From Alphaproteobacteria bacterium CG11_big_fil_rev_8_21_14_0_20_39_49 (GTDB lineage: Bacteria > Pseudomonadota > Alphaproteobacteria > Rickettsiales > UBA6187): 64,000 nt of DNA. The notes beneath the pieces are model-generated. The model was not told where the DNA came from. It saw only the letters and a program-made list of their open reading frames with translations, and searched no databases. A program made the position numbers and the translations under genes. The stretch lies in contig PCXK01000007.1 of NCBI GenBank assembly GCA_002787635.1, forward strand, positions 252,676 through 316,675, given 5' to 3'. Below are positions 35,790 through 45,921 of the stretch, in pieces; position 1 is the first letter of the stretch, and the number at the start of each line of letters is the position of its first letter.

Positions 35790-36677
35790 ATGAAATTTCT
35801 TTTTTCCGTTACGGCAATTCTTTTTGTAATTAATCCGATAGCCTTAGCTAATGTTGGAGGCGGTGATTTTAATGCTGAAATAATTTCTTATAATATCAAG
35901 TCTGCACAAAGCAGATCTACTTTTGATCCTAAAATCGGATTTGAAATAAAAGTTACGCACCCTAGTTATAAAATTTTAGATGCTAATTTAAATAAAACTA
36001 AAGTTACCGAAATTTATCAGAAAGGAAAATATGTTAACGGTAAATTTTTATACGGAAAAACCGATATAAATATTCTTGATAGTGTTCAACAACCTAATCC
36101 GGATTGTGATTATTGTAAGAATCTAAGTTCTGGGCGTTTTTCTATTTCGCCTATAATTGATAACAGCCTGTATTTGAAATATGAAAACAATTCGGTGCAG
36201 ATTGATGATATATATAATTATAATGTTAGGGCTGATATTTATACCAAGGTTACTGACGGCAATGAAAAAGAGGCTGTAATTGACGATGTTGTTTTAAAGA
36301 TTACTGATTTGGATATTAGTGAGATAGCAAAGCGTAATATAAGCCGTTTTTCGAAAGATATAACAAATGATGAAGTAAATTTCACACTTAAAGAAGACGG
36401 TAGCAAGGGTGGAAGCAACAATCAGATGTATTATGGATATAAGATAGTAAATAATAATGAAGAACAATATATTAGCAGTCTAAGTGTTATTGACGGTGAT
36501 AAGGAGGTGTTCTTGGATCAAAAATCCTATGGGGGTCCGATGAAAACATTATCAGGTAATAATGATTCCGCCTATCTACCCGAACAATACCTTAATAAGC
36601 CTCTAAAGATAAAAGTTTATTATTTTGATACAAAAGAACATTTGGTTCGTGTCAATCAAGATTTAAGAAAAGAATAG
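35790..36677 (+). CDS. Hypothetical secreted protein
   Basis: Signal peptide MKFLFSVTAILFVINPIALA. N/K/D-rich beta-type sequence with no recognisable motif. Confidence 0.45.
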   Translation: MKFLFSVTAILFVINPIALANVGGGDFNAEIISYNIKSAQSRSTFDPKIGFEIKVTHPSYKILDANLNKTKVTEIYQKGKYVNGKFLYGKTDINILDSVQQPNPDCDYCKNLSSGRFSISPIIDNSLYLKYENNSVQIDDIYNYNVRADIYTKVTDGNEKEAVIDDVVLKITDLDISEIAKRNISRFSKDITNDEVNFTLKEDGSKGGSNNQMYYGYKIVNNNEEQYISSLSVIDGDKEVFLDQKSYGGPMKTLSGNNDSAYLPEQYLNKPLKIKVYYFDTKEHLVRVNQDLRKE

Positions 36678-36678
36678 G

Positions 36679-38880
36679 TTACTTGCCCATATATTCAGGC
36701 AAGACCTTCTCAAAAATCCCTTTAATCTCGGAAATTTTAATTGAGCTTTTATTTATCTTAATGCTATTTCCACCCGTAGTGCCTATTTCTTCAGCATATA
36801 TACCGTTTTCATCATTAGCTAAATATAATATATCGACTGCGTCGGAGTTCTTTGCGGTTATTATATAACGAGCCTGATCTTCACCGAATAAATAAGCAAA
36901 CTCAGCTATGTCGGTTTCAATTTTTAAATTTGCACCGATATCATTTTTAAATGTCATTTCAGCAACCGCAACGTACAAGCCGCCATCTGATATATCGTGG
37001 CAGGCGGTTATTTTACCGTCTTCGATAAGCTTGCGGACAAAATCGCCGTTTTTCTTCTCGGTTTTTAGGTCGACGGGAGGCGGCGTACCTTCCTCCCGTC
37101 CTTCTATTTCACGCAAATAAACAGATGAACCTAAGTGTCCTTTTGTTTCGCCGATAACAATTATTTGTTCACCCTCATTTACAAATGAATTGCCCATAGT
37201 TTTTTGTGCATCGGCAATTATACCCACTCCGCCGATAGCGGGAGTAGGGTGGATAGCAACGCCGTTGGTTTCATTATATAAAGACACATTGCCCGATATG
37301 ATAGGATAATCAAGCTCTCTGCACGCTTCGCCCATGCCCTCCAGACAGCCTGTAATCTGCCCCATTATTTCAGGTTTTTCAGGATTGCCGAAATTCAGGC
37401 AGTTAGTAATGGCAAGAGGCTTTCCGCCTGTTGCGGTGATATTTCTCCAGCTTTCCGCAACGGCTTGTTTGCCGCCTTCAAAAGGGTCTGCGTAGCAATA
37501 TCTTGGAGAGCAATCGGTTGTTATAGCCAATGCTTTGCTTGTGCCGTGTACACGTACAACAGCGGCATCTGAGCCTGAGGCGGCTATAGTGTCATTGCCG
37601 ACCTGAGAGTCGTACTGTTCCCATATCCAGCGTTTGGAGGCTAGGTTGACATCTGATAGTAATTTTTTAAGAACGCCATTTATATCAGTCGGTTCTTCTA
37701 AGTCATTAAAGTCGATTTCTTTTTGTTTCGGAGTAGGTTTATGCGGACGGTCATAAATAGGAGCCTGCTCTGAAAGAGGACTTACCGGCAAGTCGCCCAC
37801 AATTTCGCCTTTATGTTTTAGTATCATACGTCCGGTATCGGTAATTTTTCCGATAACAGCAAAATCAATTTCCCATTTTTCGAAAATCTTACGTGCAACT
37901 TCCTCTTTTTCAGGCTTAATTACCATTAACATACGCTCCTGACTTTCAGAAAGCATCATTTCATAGGCACTCATATTTTCTTCACGCTGCGGCACTTTGT
38001 CTAAATCAAGTTCAATTCCCGTACCGCCTTTATCTGCCATTTCAAGCGATGAACATGTTAAGCCTGCCGCTCCCATATCCTGAATTGAAAGGATACTATC
38101 GGTTGCCATAAGTTCAAGGCAAGCTTCCATAACCAGTTTTTCGGTGAAAGGGTCGCCAACCTGAACGGTAGGGCGTTTTTCTTCGGAATCATCATCAAAT
38201 TCAGCCGATGCCATTGTTGCACCGTGTATTCCGTCACGCCCCGTTTTTGCCCCTGCATATACAACCGGGCTGCCGACAGAAGATGCCGCCGAATAAAATA
38301 TATTATCAGCGTCTGCTAGACCTACGCACATTGCGTTTACAAGGATATTGCCGTTATATGATTTATGGAAGTTGCATTCTCCCCCAACTGTAGGAATTCC
38401 CATGCAGTTTCCGTATCCTCCGATACCCGATACTACGCCCGATAGTAAATGTCGTGTTTTAGGGTGGGACAATTCTCCGAAACGTAGGGCGTTCATGTTA
38501 GCGACGGGTCTTGCTCCCATAGTAAAAATATCACGCATAATGCCGCCCACACCTGTTGCGGCACCCTGATAAGGCTCGATAAATGAAGGGTGGTTATGGC
38601 TTTCCATTTTGAAAATTGCCGCCTGTCCGTCACCGATATCAATAACACCGGCATTTTCCCCCGGCCCGCAGATTACCCAATCGGCTTTAGTGGGTAGTTT
38701 TTTTAAGTGAATACGAGTTGATTTATATGAGCAATGCTCCGACCACATAACGGAAAAAATACCAAGCTCGGTAAGGTTAGGCTCACGCCCCATTATCTCA
38801 AGGACTTTGTCATATTCGCTACGGCTTAATCCGAATTCTTTTGCCGTCTCAAAATTTACGTGTCGTTTTTCTGCTGCCAT
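36679..38880 (-). CDS. purL: Phosphoribosylformylglycinamidine synthase subunit PurL
   Basis: 733 aa. [33 protein letters not shown] and VGNDT are canonical PurL motifs. Confidence 0.95.
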   Translation of the reverse strand: MAAEKRHVNFETAKEFGLSRSEYDKVLEIMGREPNLTELGIFSVMWSEHCSYKSTRIHLKKLPTKADWVICGPGENAGVIDIGDGQAAIFKMESHNHPSFIEPYQGAATGVGGIMRDIFTMGARPVANMNALRFGELSHPKTRHLLSGVVSGIGGYGNCMGIPTVGGECNFHKSYNGNILVNAMCVGLADADNIFYSAASSVGSPVVYAGAKTGRDGIHGATMASAEFDDDSEEKRPTVQVGDPFTEKLVMEACLELMATDSILSIQDMGAAGLTCSSLEMADKGGTGIELDLDKVPQREENMSAYEMMLSESQERMLMVIKPEKEEVARKIFEKWEIDFAVIGKITDTGRMILKHKGEIVGDLPVSPLSEQAPIYDRPHKPTPKQKEIDFNDLEEPTDINGVLKKLLSDVNLASKRWIWEQYDSQVGNDTIAASGSDAAVVRVHGTSKALAITTDCSPRYCYADPFEGGKQAVAESWRNITATGGKPLAITNCLNFGNPEKPEIMGQITGCLEGMGEACRELDYPIISGNVSLYNETNGVAIHPTPAIGGVGIIADAQKTMGNSFVNEGEQIIVIGETKGHLGSSVYLREIEGREEGTPPPVDLKTEKKNGDFVRKLIEDGKITACHDISDGGLYVAVAEMTFKNDIGANLKIETDIAEFAYLFGEDQARYIITAKNSDAVDILYLANDENGIYAEEIGTTGGNSIKINKSSIKISEIKGIFEKVLPEYMGK

Positions 38881-38915
38881 TTTTTTATTCCTTTATTTTT
38901 CCCATTTCACAAGAA

Positions 38916-39098
38916 CGCCCTATAATTGATTTGCAATTCGGGCGATGACGATAAATTTTATTTAACGCTATCGTCATTACCCGAATTTTCGTAGAAAATT
39001 ATAGGGTAATCCAAACAGACTGTCGTTTTACATCAAATCCATTTATTACCGCCTGAGATCGCCCTATAGTTTTCTTTTAGAAAACTCGGGCGATGACG
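38916..39098. repeat. Family-B repeat cluster (three arms, about 1.5 elements) between purL and the GIY-YIG gene
   Basis: cgccctataattgatttgcaattcgggcgatgacg, then cgtcattacccgaattttcgtagaaaattatagggtaatc, then gccctatagttttcttttagaaaactcgggcgatgacg. Confidence 0.75.
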
Positions 39099-39104
39099 AA
39101 TACG

Positions 39105-39395
39105 TTAAAATAGTTTTTCATATAAGTCTTCCCAGTTTGGATTTTCTTTTTCAATCAATTTTATTTTTTGCTCTCGTTTATATTTCTTTAGCCTCTTTTC
39201 TCTTTTTATAGCGTTTTCTGCATTAGCATGAGGTTCGTAATAAATCAGATTATTCAAATTATATTTTTTAGAAAATCCATCAATAACTTTATTTTTATGT
39301 TCCCACACTCTTTTTTGTAAGTTTGATGTTATTCCAGTATATAAAATACCATTTTTTCGGTTGCTTATAATATAAACCGTAAATAACTTTTCCAT
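39105..39395 (-). CDS. Small GIY-YIG nuclease-family protein (UPF0213/YhbQ-like)
   Basis: FTVYIISNRKNGILYTGITSNLQKRVWEHKN carries the GIY..YIG-type motif (YII...LYTG) with R and E. 96 aa. Wedged between purQ and purL. Confidence 0.8.
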   Translation of the reverse strand: MEKLFTVYIISNRKNGILYTGITSNLQKRVWEHKNKVIDGFSKKYNLNNLIYYEPHANAENAIKREKRLKKYKREQKIKLIEKENPNWEDLYEKLF

Positions 39396-39398
39396 AAA

Positions 39399-40064
39399 TC
39401 AAAATGAACTGACCAACGCCTCAAATAACGCCTGTCCGTCAGTGTTTCCGGTAATTTCGTCTGCGGCACGTTCAGGGTGTGGCATCATGCCCAGAATCCT
39501 TTTATTCTCACTAAAAACACCTGCTATGTTATTAATTGAACCGTTTGGATTTTCTCCGGCGTAACGGAAGGCAACCCGCCCGCTATCTTCAATTTCTTTT
39601 AAAGTGTCCTCATCGGCATAGAAATTACCGTCATGGTGAGCGATAGGAATTTGTATATGCTGCCCTTTATGATAAGTTTTTGTAAACTCGCTATCGTTAT
39701 TTTCTACCGCTAGCTCAACTGTTTTGCAAATAAACTTCAGGTTCTTGTTTCGCATTAGCGTACCCGGTAGCAAGCCTGCCTCAGTCAATATCTGGAAGCC
39801 GTTACAAACCCCTAATATATACGTACCCTTTTTTGCCGCTTTAACCACTTCGTTCATAATCGGTGACTTTGCCGACATAGCCCCCGAACGCAAATAGTCA
39901 CCATAAGAAAATCCACCCGGCAGGGCGATAAAATCAAGCCCCTTAGGAAGTTCGGTATCGGCGTGCCATATTTTCTTTACCTCTATTCCCGATATGCTTT
40001 CTATAGTCTCATACATATCACGGTCACAATTTGAACCGGGGAATGTTATCACTGCTGCTTTCAT
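39399..40064 (-). CDS. purQ: Phosphoribosylformylglycinamidine synthase subunit PurQ (glutaminase)
   Basis: FPGSNCDRD, catalytic GVCNGFQIL and MMPHPER. 221 aa. Confidence 0.95.
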   Translation of the reverse strand: MKAAVITFPGSNCDRDMYETIESISGIEVKKIWHADTELPKGLDFIALPGGFSYGDYLRSGAMSAKSPIMNEVVKAAKKGTYILGVCNGFQILTEAGLLPGTLMRNKNLKFICKTVELAVENNDSEFTKTYHKGQHIQIPIAHHDGNFYADEDTLKEIEDSGRVAFRYAGENPNGSINNIAGVFSENKRILGMMPHPERAADEITGNTDGQALFEALVSSF

Positions 40065-40066
40065 AT

Positions 40067-40115
40067 GTAAGTTGTAAGTTGTAAGTTGTAAGTTGTAAGT
40101 TGTAAGTTGTAAGTG
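40067..40115. repeat. Heptanucleotide microsatellite (gtaagtt), about 7 copies, directly abutting the purQ start codon
   Basis: gtaagtt six times, then gtaagtg. A second heptamer series, tagcaac/tagctac/tagcaac, follows at about 40130-40150. Confidence 0.9.
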
Positions 40116-40155
40116 TTGGTTTTAAATATCTAGCAACTAGCTACTAGCAACTTAA

Positions 40156-40395
40156 TCAAACCAATTCAAATCTGTAATTTTCAATGACGGTATTTGCAAG
40201 CAGCTTTTCGCACATGTTTTTTACGGCAGCTTCAGCTTTTGCCTTGTCGGTTTCGTTTATCTCAACTTCAATGAACTTACCCTGACGCACCTGTTTTATG
40301 CCGTCAAAACCCAAATGCCCTAAAGCACCCTGAATCGCCTTGCCTTGCGGGTCTAGAACGCCGTTCTTTAAAGTTATATATACCTGTGCTTTCAT
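40156..40395 (-). CDS. purS: Phosphoribosylformylglycinamidine synthase subunit PurS
   Basis: 79 aa. VLDPQGKAIQGALGHLGF is typical PurS. Confidence 0.9.
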   Translation of the reverse strand: MKAQVYITLKNGVLDPQGKAIQGALGHLGFDGIKQVRQGKFIEVEINETDKAKAEAAVKNMCEKLLANTVIENYRFELV

Positions 40396-41165
40396 TATAT
40401 ATTTTCCTCTTCATCGGATTTATTGTGATCTATAAATATTCCAAGCCTTCTTGCCACTTCCTGATATGCCTCCGCAACATCACCCATATCTCTGCGAAAA
40501 CGATCCTTGTCAAGTTTTTTATTGGTCTTTGCGTCCCATAGGCGGCATGAATCGGGGCTTATCTCGTCAGCCAGTAATATCTCTACATAGCCTTCATCTT
40601 CGTCCTGAATACGACCGAACTCTATTTTGAAGTCAATAAGGCGGATACCGACTCCGGCAAATATTCCGAAAAGCACATCATTAATGCGTAATGCCAGACT
40701 TTTTATCTCATCAAGCTCTATAGGGTCTGCCCAGCCGAATGTTAAGATATGTTCGTCACTCACTAAAGGGTCGTTTAGTTTGTCATCTTTGTAGCAGAAC
40801 TCTAAAAGCGGCTTGCTAAGTTCCGTCCCTTCTTCAATGCCAAGTCGGGTTGATAAACTGCCTGCGGCAACATTTCTTACTATAACTTCCAAAGGGATTA
40901 TCTCAACCTGACGCACCAACTGCTCACGCATGTTCAGACGTTTGATAAAATGTGTAGGGATACCCACATCTTTTAGCTTTAACATTATAAATTCCGAAAT
41001 CCTGTTATTCAGAACACCTTTGCCTGAAATAACGTCCTTCTTCTTATTATTAAAAGCCGTAGCGTCATCTTTAAAATACTGAATTATGGTTCCCGGTCTG
41101 GGTCCTTCAAAAAGGACTTTTGCCTTGCCTTCATAAATTTGTTTTTTTGTACGCCTAGGAGCCAT
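40395..41165 (-). CDS. purC: Phosphoribosylaminoimidazole-succinocarboxamide synthase
   Basis: [26 protein letters not shown] and [13 protein letters not shown] are SAICAR synthase motifs. Confidence 0.93.
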   Translation of the reverse strand: MAPRRTKKQIYEGKAKVLFEGPRPGTIIQYFKDDATAFNNKKKDVISGKGVLNNRISEFIMLKLKDVGIPTHFIKRLNMREQLVRQVEIIPLEVIVRNVAAGSLSTRLGIEEGTELSKPLLEFCYKDDKLNDPLVSDEHILTFGWADPIELDEIKSLALRINDVLFGIFAGVGIRLIDFKIEFGRIQDEDEGYVEILLADEISPDSCRLWDAKTNKKLDKDRFRRDMGDVAEAYQEVARRLGIFIDHNKSDEEENI

Positions 41166-41300
41166 TTTTTTATACCAAAATTAATATTAGATAGTATTAT
41201 AAATTTCTGTTGAAAGAATTATTGCTTATTACTATAACAAAAACACAAAAATTCAATCAAAAAAGCTATTATAAACAATAAAAGTAAGGAAAATGATACT

Positions 41301-41615
41301 ATGAGTACATTTGATGACCGTCAAAAAGCTTATGAAAACAAATTTGTACATGATCAGGAGCGTGAATTTAAAGTCCGTGCAAGAGCAAATATACTAACAG
41401 CTAAGTGGGCTGCCGAGAAAATGCATTTTGAAGGCTCCGACATAGACGCATACGCAACTGAAGTTGTTGATTATTCTTTTTCTAATTCGGGAGAAAGTGC
41501 CGTTATTGAAAAAATACTTTCCGATATACGTTCAAAAGGATTTGAAATAGAAGAAAAAGAAATAAAAGATCACTATCAGCAATATTTAATCGAAGCTAAA
41601 GAAAGTTTTAAATAG
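41301..41615 (+). CDS. DUF1476 protein / F1-ATPase inhibitor zeta subunit (alphaproteobacterial)
   Basis: MSTFDDRQKAYENKFVHDQEREFKVRARANILTAKWAAEKM... 104 aa. Closely follows the pattern of the Paracoccus zeta subunit (MTTFDDRERAHEAKFAHD..). Confidence 0.8.
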   Translation: MSTFDDRQKAYENKFVHDQEREFKVRARANILTAKWAAEKMHFEGSDIDAYATEVVDYSFSNSGESAVIEKILSDIRSKGFEIEEKEIKDHYQQYLIEAKESFK

Positions 41616-41729
41616 ATATTTGGTAAAGTTCTGTGTTAAGGTGTTTTTTGTCATGGATAAATTTGTTTTAGTGCTTAATTATTCGGAATTGTACGTTTAA
41701 CGGTTGAACCGTTATAATTTAGTTGTTTT

Positions 41730-41798
41730 TGTCATGCTGAATTTATTTCAGCATCTCATTTTATTTAAAAAAGACCCTGAAACAAGTTCAGGGTGACA
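41730..41798. repeat. Family-A 69-bp palindromic element
   Basis: tgtcatgctgaatttatttcagcatctcattttatttaaaaaagaccctgaaacaagttcagggtgaca. Confidence 0.8.
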
Positions 41799-41958
41799 CA
41801 TCAACCTTTAAACCTACAATTACGTAATTATTTTTTGTTAAGGTGATGCTGAAATAAACTCATTTATGAAAAATATGTATTTATAGAGTGCTACCTAAGA
41901 CCGTTTCTAAATGATATAATTGATTGTAGAAAACTTTTCCGACCATTAATTGCTGCTT

Positions 41959-42678
41959 ATGTCTGAACAACTTGTTTATGTAAAAAAAGGTCACAGAAGC
42001 GAAGTTATCGCAAAAAGAGAGGCTTCTTTAAGCAAGAAGAAGCTGGACAAAGCCAATACGGCTCAGATAGCTTTTACTCTATATGTAATAGCGATTGCTG
42101 CGAAGCTTGCAAATGTCGATAATCCTTCGCAAAACCTTGATGAACAGATAGTTTCATTTAAAGAGATATTCGCTATCCCCGATTCTGAGCCGGGCAAGGT
42201 TGAGGCTTTTTATAAAGAGGCTGTAGTAGATGGTGTGGACGCAGCTCATTATGCACATCAGTTGACTAATTTATTTCCTAATAACAGATTGTTACTTGAA
42301 GAACTTATTAATGATCTTTTTGTGTTCGCCGATGCGGACGGTTCTTTTACCGGTGAAAAAGCAATCTTTTTGAAAAAAATAGTTTTCGCACTGAAATTTA
42401 ATGAGAATTACTTTGCAAGGATTTTAAGAAAGCACCGGCTATATACCGGTAACGATCCGTTCAAATTACTTAATGTTTCAAATAATGTATCTTATGTTGA
42501 TTTAAAAAAGGCGTTCAGGCGGGCGATAAGTGATTGTCACCCCGACAGATTTGCAAGCGGTAATGTGATGCCTGAAATAAAAGAATTGGCTAAAGAGCAA
42601 TTTAACCTTTATACTCAGGCTTATGAGGCTATAAAGAGTAAAAAAGCCTTCAATAAAAAGACGCTTGAGAAAAAATGA
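41959..42678 (+). CDS. DjlA-like co-chaperone (TerB-like N-domain plus C-terminal J domain)
   Basis: C-terminal J domain DPFKLLNVSNNVSYVDLKKAFRRAISDCHPDR (HPD motif). Upstream TerB-like helices. Confidence 0.7.
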   Translation: MSEQLVYVKKGHRSEVIAKREASLSKKKLDKANTAQIAFTLYVIAIAAKLANVDNPSQNLDEQIVSFKEIFAIPDSEPGKVEAFYKEAVVDGVDAAHYAHQLTNLFPNNRLLLEELINDLFVFADADGSFTGEKAIFLKKIVFALKFNENYFARILRKHRLYTGNDPFKLLNVSNNVSYVDLKKAFRRAISDCHPDRFASGNVMPEIKELAKEQFNLYTQAYEAIKSKKAFNKKTLEKK

Positions 42679-43550
42679 AACCTGCACATGTTGCTCTTGC
42701 AATAGCTATAGCTATTATATGGGGATTGAATTTTGTTATCGCAAAATCAGTTTTGTCATACTTCCCTACATTTCTTATGTTATCTCTAAGACTACTGATA
42801 ATAGTGGTTATACTTGCTCCATTCCTTAGAAAGCGTGTTTTGCCGTTAAAAGATCTGTACAAAATATCCTTTGTTTTCGTAGTGGGGCATTTCGGCTTTA
42901 TGTTCTTATCTTTAGAACATGGGCTGGATTCTACCGTCGGGATAGTGATTGACCAGATGCGTGTTCCTTTCGCCGTTACTTTGGGCTATTTCTTTTTTGG
43001 CGAAGTTATGGGTAAAAAGGGGATATTCGGTATATTCCTTGCTATACTCGGTACTTTTGTAATCGTGGGTACGCCTAATGTTTCCGGTAATTATGAAGCA
43101 TTCTGGATGCTTATAAGCAGCTCTTTTTGTTGGGCGGTTTATAATATAATGGTTAAAAATCTCGGTGATATCAACCCTATGGCATTTATAGCATGGATTT
43201 CTTTGCTTGGTTTGCCGCATATGCTCCTCATTTCCCTGCTGGTAGAGGATTATAATATTGACTTGCTGATAAACGCCCCTTTAAAAGAATGGGCGTCGGT
43301 ATTTTATATCGCAATAGCGGCAACAATGGTAGCACACGGCTCATGGTATTATCTGCTGAAAAAATATCCCGTAAATGTAGTTGCACCATATTCATTGCTG
43401 ATACCGTTCTTTGGCGTGGCATCGGGTGTGTTGCTCTTGGGGGAGCAACTTACATGGCAAGTGTTGCTGGGGGGGGCTTTGACAGTGGCAGGAGTATCAA
43501 TTATTGTGATAAGAAAACCTAAATTTGCAAAGGCAGGAGATGTAAATTGA
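42675..43550 (+). CDS. EamA/DMT-family transporter
   Basis: Ten predicted TM helices in two EamA repeats. 291 aa. Contains a G8 homopolymer at 43469-43476. Confidence 0.8.
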   Translation: MKPAHVALAIAIAIIWGLNFVIAKSVLSYFPTFLMLSLRLLIIVVILAPFLRKRVLPLKDLYKISFVFVVGHFGFMFLSLEHGLDSTVGIVIDQMRVPFAVTLGYFFFGEVMGKKGIFGIFLAILGTFVIVGTPNVSGNYEAFWMLISSSFCWAVYNIMVKNLGDINPMAFIAWISLLGLPHMLLISLLVEDYNIDLLINAPLKEWASVFYIAIAATMVAHGSWYYLLKKYPVNVVAPYSLLIPFFGVASGVLLLGEQLTWQVLLGGALTVAGVSIIVIRKPKFAKAGDVN

Positions 43551-44281
43551 GCAATTTTAAGTCGCCTAATTTTAATGAAAGACCCGATAAGGCAAGCATT
43601 GATATTATTGTTATGCATTATACCGGTATGAAAACTGCTGAGGCAGCCTTAAAAAGAATGTGCGATCCGGAAGCTCAGGTTAGCGCACATTATATGATAT
43701 GTAAAAACGGAGATGTAATTAACCTTGTTGATGAATCAAAAAGAGCTTGGCATGCGGGAATAAGCTGTTGGCGTGGCATTGCTTCGTTAAATGATATATC
43801 AATCGGGATTGAAATGGAAAATCCGGGGCATGAATTCGGTTATGAGCCTTTTACAGAAGAACAAATGGTATCGGTGAAGAAGCTGGCAAAAGATATTATA
43901 GACAGGCATGGTATTGAGGCACGTAACGTAGTAGGTCATTCGGATATAGCACCCTCAAGAAAGGACGATCCGGGTGAATTATTTGATTGGCAGGGATTGG
44001 CAGAAGAGGGGATAGGTCTATGGCATGATGTCAAAAAGGTATGGCGTGGCGGTGATATTTTAGTCGAACCGGGTAAGGAAGATGTAGATGTTGCCAGAGT
44101 ACAAAAAATGCTTTCCGATTATGGTTATCATATCAGGGTGGACGGATATTACGGCAGCAAAACCGAAGATGTAGTTAAGGCTTTCAAAAGGCATTTTGTC
44201 CCTGAGCAGGTAAATGTTTATTGGGATAAACTGGCAGAAGAGAGAATGAAAAAACTACTTAGTATGATAGGCAAGGTTTAG
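43547..44281 (+). CDS. N-acetylmuramoyl-L-alanine amidase (AmpD/amidase_2) with a C-terminal peptidoglycan-binding domain
   Basis: IVMHYTG, SAHY, AWHAG, GIEMEN and VVGHSDIAPSRKDDPG. C-terminal PG_binding_1-like VQKMLSDYGYHIRVDGYYGSKTEDVVKAFKRHF. Confidence 0.88.
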   Translation: MSNFKSPNFNERPDKASIDIIVMHYTGMKTAEAALKRMCDPEAQVSAHYMICKNGDVINLVDESKRAWHAGISCWRGIASLNDISIGIEMENPGHEFGYEPFTEEQMVSVKKLAKDIIDRHGIEARNVVGHSDIAPSRKDDPGELFDWQGLAEEGIGLWHDVKKVWRGGDILVEPGKEDVDVARVQKMLSDYGYHIRVDGYYGSKTEDVVKAFKRHFVPEQVNVYWDKLAEERMKKLLSMIGKV

Positions 44282-44383
44282 GTTATAGAACACGCCCTAG
44301 TTATTCCATATTATATAGTGACATATCGGCAGAAAAAGTGTAAATGCTGTACTCTTAAAATATAAAAAGCATAAAGGCACTTT

Positions 44384-45634
44384 ATGGATCACTTTAACTA
44401 TAAAAACGGTGAATTATTTGCCGAGAATGTTGCTATAAAAGAAATGGCAAAAAAGGTCGGCACGCCTTTTTACTGTTATTCAACGGCAACACTGGAGCGT
44501 CATTATAATGTGTTTGCCGATGCGTTGAAAGATGTTAATGCAACGATATGTTTTGCCGTTAAAGCAAACTCAAATTTAGCGGTGCTTAAAACCCTTGCTA
44601 ATTTAGGTGCGGGGGGTGATTGCGTCTCAGAGGGCGAGATAAGAAGATGTCTGGCCGCCGGAATAGCTGCTGACAAGATAGTTTTCTCAGGTGTCGGTAA
44701 AACAAAGGGTGAGCTTGCATTTGCACTCAAAAACAAAGTTATGCAGATAAATGTTGAGTCCGAAGTCGAGCTTGAGTCTTTAAACGAGGTTGCAAGTTCT
44801 TTAAACGTAAAGGCTCCCGTGTCGTTCAGGGTAAACCCTGATATTGATGCCGGAACTCATGATAAGATATCTACAGGACGTAAAGAAGATAAGTTCGGTA
44901 TTGCATATGAACAGGCGAGGGGAATTTATAGCAAAGCCGCCAAAATGGAGCATGTCCATATAAGGGGAGTTGCAACGCATATAGGCTCGCAGCTTGTAGA
45001 GTTAAAACCCTTTAAGGCGGCATTTGCCAAGATACGCTCACTGGTAGAAGATTTAAGGGCTGACGGACACGATATCTCACATCTTGATTTGGGTGGCGGA
45101 CTTGGCATACCTTATAAAGACCAGTTGCCGCCATCGCCTGATGAATACGCTAAAATGGTAATAGAGGCGACAGATGGGCTAGGCTGTGAACTGGCGTTTG
45201 AACCGGGGCGTTTAATTGCAGGCAATGCCGGAATATTGGTATCTGAAGTTATTTATCTGAAAAAAACCGCTCATAGGAATTTTCTGGTAATAGATGCCGC
45301 TATGAACGACCTGATACGACCTACTTTGTATGATGCATATCATGAGATTATCCCTGTTGACGAAAAACAAAGCGTACTGCAAATGGACATTGTCGGACCT
45401 ATATGTGAAACCGGCGATGTGTTCGGCAAAGAACGTAAACTGCCTGAACTGGTTTCCGGAGATTTGATAGCCATACGCTCGTGCGGAGCATATGGGGCTG
45501 TTATGTCAAGCGAGTATAACTCACGTTTGCTTATCCCCGAAGTGATGGTAAATGATGATAAATTCGCAGTTATAAGGGAGCGGGAGGGCTATGAGGATAT
45601 GCTCAAAAAGGATAAACTCCCTAACTGGCTGTAA
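44384..45634 (+). CDS. lysA: Diaminopimelate decarboxylase
   Basis: PLP-Lys context FAVKANSN, HIGSQ, DLGGGLGIPY, EPGR and CETGD. 416 aa. Confidence 0.95.
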   Translation: MDHFNYKNGELFAENVAIKEMAKKVGTPFYCYSTATLERHYNVFADALKDVNATICFAVKANSNLAVLKTLANLGAGGDCVSEGEIRRCLAAGIAADKIVFSGVGKTKGELAFALKNKVMQINVESEVELESLNEVASSLNVKAPVSFRVNPDIDAGTHDKISTGRKEDKFGIAYEQARGIYSKAAKMEHVHIRGVATHIGSQLVELKPFKAAFAKIRSLVEDLRADGHDISHLDLGGGLGIPYKDQLPPSPDEYAKMVIEATDGLGCELAFEPGRLIAGNAGILVSEVIYLKKTAHRNFLVIDAAMNDLIRPTLYDAYHEIIPVDEKQSVLQMDIVGPICETGDVFGKERKLPELVSGDLIAIRSCGAYGAVMSSEYNSRLLIPEVMVNDDKFAVIREREGYEDMLKKDKLPNWL

Positions 45635-45711
45635 TTTTATTGAATAATTTTCAACATATCACTTGCACTAATACTTCAATAATAGTATTAACGTCTTCTC
45701 ATTTTTTAAGT

Positions 45712-45799
45712 GCCTGCGTGGCGGAATCGGTAGACGCTGCAGACTTAAAATCTGTTGTCCTTTTTGGACGTGCCGGTTCAAGTCCGGCCGCGGGCACCA
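45712..45799 (+). tRNA. tRNA-Leu (anticodon TAA), long variable arm
   Basis: gcctgcgtggcggaatcggtagacgctgcagacTTAAaatctgt...ggttcaagtccggccgcgggcacca. Acceptor pairs gcctgcg/cgcgggc. Anticodon loop ctTAAaa. Encoded CCA. Confidence 0.9.
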
Positions 45800-45876
45800 T
45801 GACTTTTTTTCAATCACCCCTCTCGCTATCGCTCAAATGGGCAGTCGCTTTTGTGGTCTTATGGCTGTTTATATAT

Positions 45877-45906
45877 CTTGGATATATGGTCAAGCCATAG
45901 TATGAC
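45877..45906. repeat. Family-C palindromic repeat copy (inverted orientation)
   Basis: cttggatatatggtcaagccatagtatgac. Confidence 0.6.
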
Positions 45907-45921
45907 TAAGGGTCGTAAAAA

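Noticed and set aside
45640-45900. 86-aa ORF on the plus strand
   Set aside because: It overlaps tRNA-Leu (45712-45799) and a family-C repeat. It has no coding features.
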